Origin: Polaribacter sp.
GTDB taxonomy: Bacteria; Bacteroidota; Bacteroidia; Flavobacteriales; Flavobacteriaceae
Length of the DNA stretch: 51,786 nt
Direction: 5' to 3'
Assembly: GCA_036846425.1 (NCBI GenBank)
Contig: DAIUBY010000008.1
Coordinates: 1 to 51,786 of the forward strand
The position numbers and the translations under genes were made by a program. How positions within the stretch are numbered: the stretch's first letter is position 1; every line of letters begins with the position of its first letter. Shown here piece by piece: positions 28,927 through 38,845 of this stretch. A model generated the notes under the pieces. The model had not been told where the DNA came from. It saw only the letters and a list, made by a program, of their open reading frames with translations, and did not search any database.

Positions 28927-29289
28927 TTATGAATTTACATACACAATATAGATTCCATAAAGCAATAAAAATTGCAAAGGAATTCGAATAATAGCAATTT
29001 TTTTTGACCCAATTGCAGGTCTTTTTTTAGTAACGTCCCAAATATGGATAGGTAAGAAAATCAATAATAATATGATAATTCCTATTGATGCAAATTTCAC
29101 AGTTTCTGAAAAAAATAATCCAAAACCAACACTAAATTCTAAAAAACCAACTACATAATTTACCAATTTTTTTGGTAAAAAATCTGGGATAAAATGTTTA
29201 AAAAAATCAGGTTTTATGAGGTGCATGATTCCTGCAAAACAGAAAAATCCTCCATAAATAATTTTCAATATAATCAGTGTAATCTCCAT
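28927..29289 (-). CDS. DoxX-like small membrane protein
   Basis: Four hydrophobic segments; AGIMHL..P, GFLE, RIPLQ. Confidence 0.7.
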   Translation of the reverse strand: MEITLIILKIIYGGFFCFAGIMHLIKPDFFKHFIPDFLPKKLVNYVVGFLEFSVGFGLFFSETVKFASIGIIILLLIFLPIHIWDVTKKRPAIGSKKIAIIRIPLQFLLLYGIYIVYVNS

Positions 29290-29293
29290 AAAA

Positions 29294-30727
29294 TTAAGGC
29301 TTTACAGGTGTGTCATTGTATAAATATTTGTCCATCAAATAAATAATTCCTGCCATAGAAGCACTTCCTAATTCAAGTTCACGTTTGTTAACTTTATCAA
29401 AAGTATCTCTACTTGTATGATGATAATCAAAGTATCTTTGAGAATCTGGTCTGTAACCAACTAAAGTTACATTTTCTCCTTTCAAAGGACTAATATCTGC
29501 TCCAGAACCACCTTTTTCAATATCGTGTAAACCATAAGGAGCCAGCAGTTTTTTCCAACTTATTAAAAGGTCGGTATTTGCAGTATTTGCATCAATAGAA
29601 AATCCTCTTGGAGTGTGACCACCTGCATCAGATTCTAAACCTCCAATATGATTTTCTTTATTCAGTTTTGCCAGTTCAGCATATTTTTTTGCACCTCTTG
29701 TGCCATTTTCTTCATTCATAAAAAAGACAACTCGCAAAGTATTTTTTGGTTTGATGTTGTTCTTTTTGAACAAATAAGCTACTTCTAAAGATTGTACAAT
29801 TCCAGTTCCATCATCATGAGCGCCTTCACCCAAATCCCAAGAATCTAAGTGACCACCAACTACAAAAATATTTTCAGGAGTTTTACTTCCTCTGATTTCT
29901 CCAATAACGTTGAATGATGGTGCTTCTGGCAAATTTTTACAACTCTGTTTGAAATAGAATTTTAAGTTCGGATTTTTTTTCAAATCTGCGCTCAACGTTT
30001 CAGCTGCTTGACTGCTAATTGCAGCTGCAGGAATGTATTTTTCTTCAGGCAAATCTCCATAACTCATGGTTCCTGTATGTGGAAAATCGTCAATAGAATT
30101 GGTCATTGAACGAACTATTACTGCTTTTGCTCCAAATTGTCCACAAACTGCAGCACCTTGCACACGTTGGTCAACACAACCTCCATAAGCTTTGAAAGTG
30201 TGAATCAATGTATTGTCAAAAGCTCTATTGAAAAAGATTATTTTTCCTTCCATTTTATTTCCTAAAGCTTTGGCTTCTTCTAAACTTTTTACTTCGATAA
30301 CTTCTGCAGAAATTCCTTCTGATGGTGTTGCAATTGAGAACCCTAAAGCACAAATTGCGACATTCTTTTTTTCACCATTTAAAGTATAATTTGCAATTTC
30401 TTTTTCGCCACGAACCCAATGTGGCACCATAACAGGTTGTAACCAAACAGAATCCAAACCAACTTCTTTCATCAATTTTTCTCCCCATTCAACGGCTTTT
30501 TGAGCTTCTTCAGAACCAGACAATCTTCCACCAATATTTTGAGTTAAGACACGCAACCATTCATAGGATTTTCCTTCAGTTAATGCGCTGTTAAATAGTT
30601 GTTTGATGTTTGTAGAGTCTTTCATTTCTTCTGCAGATAATGCATCAGAAATGATTGGTTTTTCTTGTTTTTGAGCACAAGAAAAAAGGATTATTGAAGC
30701 AAAAACTAAAATTGCGATTGTTCTCAT
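29294..30727 (-). CDS. M28 family peptidase (carboxypeptidase Q-like) lipoprotein
   Basis: GGRLSGS, VPHWVRG, GHLDSWD, GAHDDGTG, NEENG, ESDAG, YHHT. Confidence 0.9.
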   Translation of the reverse strand: MRTIAILVFASIILFSCAQKQEKPIISDALSAEEMKDSTNIKQLFNSALTEGKSYEWLRVLTQNIGGRLSGSEEAQKAVEWGEKLMKEVGLDSVWLQPVMVPHWVRGEKEIANYTLNGEKKNVAICALGFSIATPSEGISAEVIEVKSLEEAKALGNKMEGKIIFFNRAFDNTLIHTFKAYGGCVDQRVQGAAVCGQFGAKAVIVRSMTNSIDDFPHTGTMSYGDLPEEKYIPAAAISSQAAETLSADLKKNPNLKFYFKQSCKNLPEAPSFNVIGEIRGSKTPENIFVVGGHLDSWDLGEGAHDDGTGIVQSLEVAYLFKKNNIKPKNTLRVVFFMNEENGTRGAKKYAELAKLNKENHIGGLESDAGGHTPRGFSIDANTANTDLLISWKKLLAPYGLHDIEKGGSGADISPLKGENVTLVGYRPDSQRYFDYHHTSRDTFDKVNKRELELGSASMAGIIYLMDKYLYNDTPVKP

Positions 30728-30792
30728 TTTGTAAGTTGAATTTTGATTTGATAAAACTACAAAAAATAATAGGAAGAGAAATCAGCTAATTT

Positions 30793-32550
30793 TTAAAAAT
30801 CAAATTTATAAGTAAGCCCACCTAAAATTTGAAAACCTTGTACTTCAAAATTTGCAAATCTTTGATAATTAGTATTCAAAATATTGTTTATTTTTAAAAA
30901 TGCAGTGAATTTATCATTAAAATGATAACCTCCATTCAAATTGATATCTACAAATGATGGAATTGTTTGTGTTGTTGTTATAGTTGAAGGAAAAATATCA
31001 GTGTAAACAACATCTTTTCTGTCACCAACAAATAATAAAGTTGCAGTTGAATACCATTTTTCATGTTTATATTTTGCGATTACATTGGCTTGAAATGTGG
31101 GTAAATTCCATGCTTCATTTTGATTTGTAGTTGTATAATTGTCAAATTGAATATGGGTTTCAAAATTGATTCTTTTGTTAAATTCATAGTTCAATTCAGC
31201 AAAAATAGACGCAGTTTTCACATCGTCATAAACGATTCCAAAGGAATTTCCATATTCATAACCTCTTAAAAGGATACCATTTGAAGAAGATGAAATACCA
31301 TCAGATTTTGAGTTGTTTTTGATAAATAATGGTTTGTCTTGCTCGTTTTTGAAACTTGCTGAAACTGTGTAACTGACATTGTGGTTTAAAACGCCATTAA
31401 AACCAACAAATGCATTGAATCTTTCTGCAGTTTGTGTCATGAAAATGGTGGGAGAAATAAAGGGATTTTCATCCACAAAACTTTTAAAAGTATTTGTTTT
31501 TAAGTCTCCAGAAATGCCACCAAAAAACTGTAAATTTTCTTTTAATAAAGGTTTTTCAATTTTGATATTTGGATAAATTAATAAATTACTTACGCTGTTT
31601 TCTGTATCAAAAGAGGTAAAAATTTTTGCGCCTAATTTTAATGCAAAACCTTTAAAAGTTGTGTTGTATTCAGGGGCGATTTTTGCTGTAAAAATGCTAT
31701 AATTTAAAACATTGGTAATTGCATAATTTGCACTAAATGAGCCATTTAAATACTCAATTTTTGTTCCAATTTTTAGGTTTTCTTTCAAGAAACTTGTTGG
31801 AATATCTAAATCTGTATTCAAAGAAAATAAGATTTCTTCACTGTTAAAATCGTCATTAAAATATGAAAAAGACAAATTACTTTTATCAACATATGCATTC
31901 AAAAAATCAATTTCTCCCAGTAAATTAAAATGATTGTACTGTTGTCTTTCATTGATAAATCTCAAAGTTGAATTATCAATAAAATTAGGATCAATTCCAT
32001 ACCAATTATAATGATTTCTGTCAGAATTTAAAGTTACTTTCCAATCAAAATAACGTTCATCTTGTTTGTAAAAAAGACTCATTCCAAAATTTGAAAAATC
32101 GCTTTCTAAAAGCGTATTTTCGATGTTGTCAAATGAAGCAATGTATTTGGCTGAAATTCCAAATTCACTCTGAAAACGAGTGTGTTTGTGCAAAAAAGTT
32201 TCAAAATAAGGCGAGGTATAATTTCCAAATCCTGCAGCTATAAAATTGTCATAAATTCGCTCTTTTACACCTACATCAATTCCTCTGATAACTCCACTTT
32301 TTGGTACAAATGTAGAAGCAACAGGCACTGAAAATATCGAATATTTTAGCGGTTGTTTTTTGGTTTTTTCTGGTAATACAATTGTTGGATTTATATTGAT
32401 TTTGTTTGCATCAGCAATTTTTGGATTGTATGTTGTAACTACTTCAACCACTTCCGTTTTTATAGTATCTTTTACTTTTTCAGCTGTTTTCTTTTGAGAA
32501 AAAATAGTGAAAACATTCAAAAATATGAGAAATAGAAAACCTTTATTCAT
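30793..32550 (-). CDS. TonB-dependent-receptor-like outer-membrane beta-barrel protein
   Basis: Signal peptide; alternating beta-strands; C-terminal FLKINNILN..GLTYKFDF; no recognisable plug motif. Confidence 0.7.
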   Translation of the reverse strand: MNKGFLFLIFLNVFTIFSQKKTAEKVKDTIKTEVVEVVTTYNPKIADANKININPTIVLPEKTKKQPLKYSIFSVPVASTFVPKSGVIRGIDVGVKERIYDNFIAAGFGNYTSPYFETFLHKHTRFQSEFGISAKYIASFDNIENTLLESDFSNFGMSLFYKQDERYFDWKVTLNSDRNHYNWYGIDPNFIDNSTLRFINERQQYNHFNLLGEIDFLNAYVDKSNLSFSYFNDDFNSEEILFSLNTDLDIPTSFLKENLKIGTKIEYLNGSFSANYAITNVLNYSIFTAKIAPEYNTTFKGFALKLGAKIFTSFDTENSVSNLLIYPNIKIEKPLLKENLQFFGGISGDLKTNTFKSFVDENPFISPTIFMTQTAERFNAFVGFNGVLNHNVSYTVSASFKNEQDKPLFIKNNSKSDGISSSSNGILLRGYEYGNSFGIVYDDVKTASIFAELNYEFNKRINFETHIQFDNYTTTNQNEAWNLPTFQANVIAKYKHEKWYSTATLLFVGDRKDVVYTDIFPSTITTTQTIPSFVDINLNGGYHFNDKFTAFLKINNILNTNYQRFANFEVQGFQILGGLTYKFDF

Positions 32551-35500
32551 TAATTTTTAATTTGTGGATTGATAGAATTATTTGTTTTAGATTCTGTGTC
32601 TTTAATTTTTATGAGTGCTGTTTTTGCCTCTCTAACAACATCTTCAAATTGTGGAAAATTTTTAATCACATTTTCCAAGATAAAAGTTGCTTGGTACGCA
32701 TCTTTCAAACCGTAATAATTTTTTCCCATAATAACATAACTTTTTACACCCCAATATTTGTAAGATGCAAATTCTGCAATCAGTTTTTTAACAATTTCAT
32801 TCGACTTTTCATACGCTTTTTCTTCATGTTGATAAAACGCTTCAAAGTATAAAATTTCAGCTTTCAATTCTCCAACAGCTTTATTTTCAATGGTTTTGTA
32901 ATATTCTTTAGAAGTTTCAAAATCATTTAATTTGAAAGAAGCTCTAGCAATAATGGTCTTTGCATCCATTTCTAGAGTAGGAGATAATCCGTTTTTTGAC
33001 AACACTTTTTTAGCAAAAGTTAGGGCTTTTTCAAAAGATTCTTTTGAAAAATACGCTTTCATCAAGTTACTTTGTGCAAATGAGGTGTTTTCGGAAGCAT
33101 AAGCTTCTTGCTCTAAACGTTCTAATAACGGAATTGCAGCATCATAGTTTTCTTTAAATAAATATATTTCAGACAATTTTGCCAAAGAATCTTCACTAAA
33201 ATTAGAAGTTCCTTCTTTGATTATTTTTTCGAAATGTGGAATGGCATTGTCAAATTCTTTTTCCTTAAAATAGGTATTTGCCAAATAATATCTTGCCTTC
33301 AAATCATTGATGCCATCTGGATAATTCTTCAAATATTTGGTTAGACTCAGAATCGTATTTTGATTGTTTGAGTCATCAAAATATTTTCTTTCTGCAATGA
33401 TAAATGCCGATTTTTCAAGTTCAGAGACGCTTACATTTACAAAACGCAATGTTTTTGTCCAAGCTACAAAATCATCCAATTTATCTTCATCAATGTAAAT
33501 GTTTTTGGCATTGTTTACAGCCTCTAAAGCATCAGGCGAATTGGGAAATTTAGTTGTTGTTAGTTTGAATTTTTCAAGTGCTTTTGCATTTTCATTTTCA
33601 TTGTAATACAACAAACCTTGTCTCACTAAAGTTCTAGGAATAAACACGCTTTTTGGATAGCTTTTCTGCAAACGATCATAAGCATCATGCGCTTCTTTTG
33701 ATTTTTTCAAAATGGTAAACGTATTTGCCAATTGAAACAAGGCATCATCTTTCAAATCCGAATTTTCAAAATCGTTCACAACTTTTTTCAATGCTTCAAT
33801 TTTTTGAGAATTTTCTCCCTTAAAACCATGACTCATTCCAATTTGATATTGTGCATAATCTGTTCCAATTCCAGTGTCATTTACAGCTAATTTATAGGAT
33901 GCAATGGCATTTTCAAAGTTACTTGTAGCAAAATAACTATCTGCTAAACGCAATCTTGCATCTTGTTGGATGCTTTTTTCCAAATCCTTTTTTTGTAGCA
34001 CATTTTTAAAAGAACGAATGGCTTCAGGATAGTTGTTTAGTTTAAAATAACAATATCCTAAATTGTAATCAATCAATTGAAGTTCAGGAGTTTTACTTGT
34101 TTTTTCTAAGGTTTGTGAAGATAAAAATTTGGTCAAAGCATCTTCAAATTTTTCCAATCTAAACAAGGTTTCTGCTTCCCAATAATAGGCTTTTTGAAAA
34201 ACTTCGGGAAGTAAAGATTTTTTACTGATGGTAAAATAAGGCAAAGCTTCTGCATATTTTTTATCCGTAAATAATTGAATTCCTCTGTATAAGGAAACTT
34301 CCAAACTAAGTGCAGTATTGTCCTCTGTTTTTTTCTTTTTCAGATAATTTAATGCGCCTTCATAATCTTGTTGATGAATAAATGAATAAACAATCAATTG
34401 ATTAATTTCTTTATAAGAAGCTGAATTTGGATAATTTTTTAAATAATTTTGAAGCACATCAGCCACATTTTCAAATGGATTTCCTTCTTCATAACTCAAT
34501 TTTGCGTAGTTTAGAGCAGCATCTTCTTTTATTTTTAGATTAAAATCCATTTCGCTTGCGGTTTTAAACGCATTTAGTGCTTCGTTTTTTTTCTTGGTAT
34601 TAAAGTAACATTCTGCCAAATGATAATAGGCATTTTGCGAAACTGAATTTTTTTGATCAATGATTTTATTGAAGTATGAAATCGCATTTTCAAAATCATT
34701 TTGCTTGAAAAAAGCATAGCCCAATTGATAAAAATCGGTATTGTTCCATTTTCCTTTGGCTCCTTTGTAATTTTTTAAATACGGAATTGCTTCAGCATAT
34801 TTTTCCAAATTGAAATAACTTTCACCTACAATTTTTGAAATATCCGAAAAATCTTTTCTGTCTTTCTCTTTCAATAATTCCTCACCCACTTTAATACATC
34901 TTTCAAATTTTCCTGATTTAAAACTGATATCCAACAAATAATAAGAAATTTCAGCTTTGTACGATTCATTGTCTGCAATTTCTTTCAAAGTAGATTCTGC
35001 AATGCCATAATCTTCTAATTTATAAGCGATAAATCCAAAATAATACCTTGCATCATTGCCATATTTTCCATCATTGATGAGTGGTAAAAAAAGATTTTTT
35101 GCTGCTGATAAATCTCCTGAAACCAATAAACTATACCCTGATTTAAAATTGAGTTCTTTTCGGTTTTCTTCAGAAAGTACTTCTTTAGTAACTTTTTGAT
35201 ACCATTTTAGTGCATAAGCAGGTTTTTTATTGGCAAAATAATAATTACCAACATTGAAAAAAGCTTGATTTTTTTTGGTACTATTTGGGTATGTTGCCAC
35301 AAAATCCAATATTTTTTGGTCAGCTGAAGTTTGCTGTAATTTCAAAGCGCACATTGCTTCATAATAAGCAGCATCAGCTTTTACATTTGAATTTTCTTTG
35401 CTATTTTCAACTACTTTTTCAAACGATTTTTGAGCAGCTGTGTACGCTTTATTTTGATACAATTGCAAAGCATTCGTAAATTGGGTCAATAAACTCGTTT

Positions 35501-35588
35501 CAATGCTAGATTGTTGTGAAAATTGAAACGCAGTAACAAATAAAAATAAGAAGGTGAGCAAATGATTTTTTGCAAAGCATTTTTTCAT
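32550..35588 (-). CDS. Large exported TPR protein
   Basis: 1012 aa with many TPR repeats (YQLGYAFF, YHLAECYF, YNLGYCYF, LADSYF); 1-nt overlap with the barrel gene. Confidence 0.88.
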   Translation of the reverse strand: MKKCFAKNHLLTFLFLFVTAFQFSQQSSIETSLLTQFTNALQLYQNKAYTAAQKSFEKVVENSKENSNVKADAAYYEAMCALKLQQTSADQKILDFVATYPNSTKKNQAFFNVGNYYFANKKPAYALKWYQKVTKEVLSEENRKELNFKSGYSLLVSGDLSAAKNLFLPLINDGKYGNDARYYFGFIAYKLEDYGIAESTLKEIADNESYKAEISYYLLDISFKSGKFERCIKVGEELLKEKDRKDFSDISKIVGESYFNLEKYAEAIPYLKNYKGAKGKWNNTDFYQLGYAFFKQNDFENAISYFNKIIDQKNSVSQNAYYHLAECYFNTKKKNEALNAFKTASEMDFNLKIKEDAALNYAKLSYEEGNPFENVADVLQNYLKNYPNSASYKEINQLIVYSFIHQQDYEGALNYLKKKKTEDNTALSLEVSLYRGIQLFTDKKYAEALPYFTISKKSLLPEVFQKAYYWEAETLFRLEKFEDALTKFLSSQTLEKTSKTPELQLIDYNLGYCYFKLNNYPEAIRSFKNVLQKKDLEKSIQQDARLRLADSYFATSNFENAIASYKLAVNDTGIGTDYAQYQIGMSHGFKGENSQKIEALKKVVNDFENSDLKDDALFQLANTFTILKKSKEAHDAYDRLQKSYPKSVFIPRTLVRQGLLYYNENENAKALEKFKLTTTKFPNSPDALEAVNNAKNIYIDEDKLDDFVAWTKTLRFVNVSVSELEKSAFIIAERKYFDDSNNQNTILSLTKYLKNYPDGINDLKARYYLANTYFKEKEFDNAIPHFEKIIKEGTSNFSEDSLAKLSEIYLFKENYDAAIPLLERLEQEAYASENTSFAQSNLMKAYFSKESFEKALTFAKKVLSKNGLSPTLEMDAKTIIARASFKLNDFETSKEYYKTIENKAVGELKAEILYFEAFYQHEEKAYEKSNEIVKKLIAEFASYKYWGVKSYVIMGKNYYGLKDAYQATFILENVIKNFPQFEDVVREAKTALIKIKDTESKTNNSINPQIKN

Positions 35589-35747
35589 ATCAATGAAATT
35601 AGTTGTATGAATAACGAATAAAAATTCGTTTTGTTTGAATAAATGTAAAAATTTATAAAATTTTAATACTTCAAATGTAAGAATTGTTGTGATTTATTGA
35701 TGTAAAATCAATAGAAACTTATAAGTTTGTAGTGTTAACTATTTTTT

Positions 35748-36434
35748 ATGGAAAATGCTGTTTTGCATCTCGAAAATGCGAATATTTATCAAGGAGATGC
35801 ACTCGTTTTATCGAACGTAAATTTAACCATCAATAAAGGTGATTTTTTTTACATGATAGGAAAAACAGGAAGTGGAAAAAGCAGTTTGATGAAAACTTTA
35901 TATGCAGATATTCCTTTGAATGATGGAAAAGGAACTGTTGTTGGATATACTCTTGAAAACTTAAAAGAACGAGATATTCCTTATTTGCGAAGAAAAATTG
36001 GGATTGTTTTTCAGGATTTTAAATTGTTGACAGATTGGACTGTTTTCGCAAATTTAGAATTTGTTTTAAAAGCCACAGGTTGGAAAAATAAAGACGAAAT
36101 TCAACAAAAAATTGATGAAGTTTTAGAAAAAGTTGGAATGAAATCTCAGGTTTCCAAAAAGGCTTATGAACTTTCAGGAGGAGAACAACAACGAATTGCA
36201 ATTGCAAGAGCTTTGTTGAACGATCCAGAATTGATTTTGGCTGATGAACCAACAGGAAATTTAGATCCTAAAACTTCTTTAGAAGTTATGGAATTGCTGA
36301 ATACGATTCATCAAAGTGGCAAAACTATTTTAATGGCAACTCATGATTATCAGTTGATTGTAAAATACAAACACAAAACTTTGAAAGTAGAAGCAGGAGA
36401 GGTGTTTGAGGTTGTGCAACAGCTTGTGAACTAG
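35748..36434 (+). CDS. ftsE: FtsE-like ABC ATPase
   Basis: GKTGSGKS, IPYLRRKIGIVFQDFKLL, LSGGEQQR, ADEPTGNLD, ATHD. Confidence 0.88.
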   Translation: MENAVLHLENANIYQGDALVLSNVNLTINKGDFFYMIGKTGSGKSSLMKTLYADIPLNDGKGTVVGYTLENLKERDIPYLRRKIGIVFQDFKLLTDWTVFANLEFVLKATGWKNKDEIQQKIDEVLEKVGMKSQVSKKAYELSGGEQQRIAIARALLNDPELILADEPTGNLDPKTSLEVMELLNTIHQSGKTILMATHDYQLIVKYKHKTLKVEAGEVFEVVQQLVN

Positions 36435-36452
36435 CTTTAAAATGAACAACTT

Positions 36453-37547
36453 TTGAAAAAAAACCTATTTGTTGCAGTTACAAATGATATCTCAACAGAT
36501 TATCGAGTGCACAAAGTTTGTTCTTATTTGCTTCAAAAAATGTATCAAATTGATGTGTATGGTAGGGTTTTGCCAAATACTATTTTTGTAAAAAGAGATT
36601 ATAAAATTATCCAAAAAAAACATTTTTTCAATCACAATTTTCTGTTTTATGCAGAATTTAATATCCGTCTTTTTTTTTATTTATTGTTCAAAAAATATGA
36701 CTGCATTTTAGCAAATGATTTAGATACTTTGCCTGCTTGTTTTTGTATAAGTAAACTAAAGAAAATTCCATTAGTTTTTGATAGTCACGAATTATTTTCG
36801 GAAGGACCTGAGCTGCAAGGAAGGAAATTTGTTCAAAATTTTTGGCGAAAACTAGAAGATTTTTTTCTTCCAAGAATTAAAAAATCATACACTGTCAGTC
36901 AATCAATTGCTGATTTTTATCATAAGAAATATAAAAATAATATGGGTGTCATCAGAAATATTCCTCTGAAAGATCAATTTTATATTCCTGAAGAAATCTC
37001 ATTTCCAACGCATCATAAAACCATTTTATATCAAGGAGTTTTAAATCCAGGTAGAGGCATAAAACCGATGATTGAAGCCCTAAAATTTTTAGAAAATATA
37101 GATTTAATAATCATTGGGTATGGAAAAGTTGAAGAGGAATTAAAACAATTTGTGAAAGACAAAAAAATGGAGCACCGTGTTTTTTTCTTAGGTAGAATTT
37201 CAAGAGAAAAATTAGTGAATTATACTAAAAAAGCAACTCTAGGAATGGTTTTAGAAGAGCCTTTAGGTTTGAGTTTTCAATATTCATTACCTAACAAGTT
37301 GTTTGATTATATTCATGCTGGACTTCCTATCATTGCTGGAAATTTGATTGAAATATCAACTATTATTACTGAATATAAAGTTGGAGTCATAGTGGAAGAT
37401 TATAAACCAAAAACAATTGCAAATGCTATCCAAAATTTATTGAATGATGAAAAAAGAGTATTAGAAATACAACAAAACCAGCAAAAAGCTGCTCAAGTTT
37501 TGTGCTGGGAAATAGAGCAGCAAAAATTGGATATTTATTTTAAATAA
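36453..37547 (+). CDS. GT-B fold glycosyltransferase (GT4-like)
   Basis: D.RV.K, ANDLDTL, FDSHE, YQG, PNKLFDYIHAGLPII. Confidence 0.85.
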   Translation: MKKNLFVAVTNDISTDYRVHKVCSYLLQKMYQIDVYGRVLPNTIFVKRDYKIIQKKHFFNHNFLFYAEFNIRLFFYLLFKKYDCILANDLDTLPACFCISKLKKIPLVFDSHELFSEGPELQGRKFVQNFWRKLEDFFLPRIKKSYTVSQSIADFYHKKYKNNMGVIRNIPLKDQFYIPEEISFPTHHKTILYQGVLNPGRGIKPMIEALKFLENIDLIIIGYGKVEEELKQFVKDKKMEHRVFFLGRISREKLVNYTKKATLGMVLEEPLGLSFQYSLPNKLFDYIHAGLPIIAGNLIEISTIITEYKVGVIVEDYKPKTIANAIQNLLNDEKRVLEIQQNQQKAAQVLCWEIEQQKLDIYFK

Positions 37548-37554
37548 CACAGTT

Positions 37555-38277
37555 ATCAAACCAACAATTTCCATAATCATCCCTGTTTTAAACAATCTTT
37601 CTGGATTGCAAAAAACCATTGAAAGTATTCAAAAACAAACATTTACAAATTTTGAAGTATGGATTATTGATGGAAATTCTTCTGATGAAACACAACATTA
37701 TATACAAAAATTAAAACTTCCATTTCAGTTTTTGACAGAAAAAGACTCAGGAATTTATGAAGCAATGAACAAAGGAATTTCTTTGGCAAAAGGAGAGTGG
37801 TTGTATTTTTTAGGTTCAGGAGATTGTTTAAATAGCGAAACAGTTTTAGAAGAAGTTTCAAAAAATTTTAATCGAAAATTTCAATTATTTTATGGAAATG
37901 TTTGTTATGAAAATTCATTTTTCAATTCAAAATTTTCTTCGATTTTATGGATTAAAAACGCTTTGCATCATCAATCCGTTTTTTACCACAAAAGTCTTTT
38001 TGAAAATCAAAAATATGACACTGATTTTAAAATTTTAGGCGATTATGATTTGAATTTGAAATTATTTCGAAGTAAAATCATTTCAAAAAAGGAAGAAATA
38101 ACTATTGCTTTTTGCAATGAACATGGAGTTTCAAAAAAAATCAATTGGGATCTTTACAAAGAAGAATTAAAATTAAAAACTCAACAAACTTCTGTTATTT
38201 TATTTCCTGTTTTTTTTCTGTTGGTTTTTTTTAAGTTTGTTTATAAAAATTTTTTTATAAAGCATAAAACTCTGTAA
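37555..38277 (+). CDS. Glycosyltransferase family 2; start codon uncertain
   Basis: Open frame gives IKPTISIIIPVLN..IIDGNSSD, EKDSGIYEAMNKG, FLGSGD, HHQS, GDYD; first canonical start (TTG 37606) lies after the conserved first strand. Confidence 0.8.
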   Translation: MKPTISIIIPVLNNLSGLQKTIESIQKQTFTNFEVWIIDGNSSDETQHYIQKLKLPFQFLTEKDSGIYEAMNKGISLAKGEWLYFLGSGDCLNSETVLEEVSKNFNRKFQLFYGNVCYENSFFNSKFSSILWIKNALHHQSVFYHKSLFENQKYDTDFKILGDYDLNLKLFRSKIISKKEEITIAFCNEHGVSKKINWDLYKEELKLKTQQTSVILFPVFFLLVFFKFVYKNFFIKHKTL

Positions 38278-38298
38278 ATAAATATTTTACAGAGTTTT
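38266..38298. terminator. Bidirectional terminator between GT2 and ssrA
   Basis: AAAACTCTGTAAA / TTTACAGAGTTTT inverted repeat. Confidence 0.75.
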
Positions 38299-38301
38299 TA
38301 G

Positions 38302-38692
38302 TGGAGACGCCGAGAATCGAACTCGGGTCCAAACAAGCAGCTAAAAAGCTTTCTACATACTTAGTTTTTGTTTGTTTTTTCGTTGAAAAGCTGGTCAAAA
38401 ACAACCTACTTTTCACTTAGCTTTTTGAGTTTCAAAAATCCCTCAAAGCAAAGGATTTTCTATGTTTACTTTTACGATGCCCAAAAATGAAACGCCGCAA
38501 ACCAAGGCTTTTCGTGGACATAAAGCTTGCTCACCTTGTGAGCCGAGGCTAATCTTACTTGATTTCGGATTAAGCAGCTAAAGCGTAGTTATCTTCGCCG
38601 TTTATAGGTTTGAAATAAGTTTTACAAGAATAATTTCATTCCTTGGTATGCTTACAATTTCACTGGCCTTGCTGTCAAAACCAGTCGTCCCC
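38302..38692 (-). ncRNA. ssrA: tmRNA
   Basis: 5' GGGGACGACTGG; 3' T-arm CCCGAGTTCGATTCTCGG..CTCCA; tag frame GEDNYALAA* at 38570-38599; -7 element TACTTTTG on minus strand at 38735-38742. Confidence 0.97.
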
Positions 38693-38845
38693 AAAATGTC
38701 AAAGAAACTTTTCATATAAATGAAAAGAGGATTGCAAAAGTATGAAAAAAACCCTTTGTGAATCTCTTAAAAAACCAATATCTTCGAACAAAATTTATAA
38801 AATAATTACGGATTTCTTATCTGAAATTTACAAATAATCCAACAT

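Noticed and set aside
36453..38300. Possible genomic island integrated at ssrA (two glycosyltransferases next to its 3' end)
   Set aside because: No integrase and no duplicated ssrA 3' end seen; the genes follow ftsE directly
38302..38340. tRNA-like 3' end that could be called a tRNA gene
   Set aside because: It is the tRNA-like domain of tmRNA; the matching 5' end and tag frame are present
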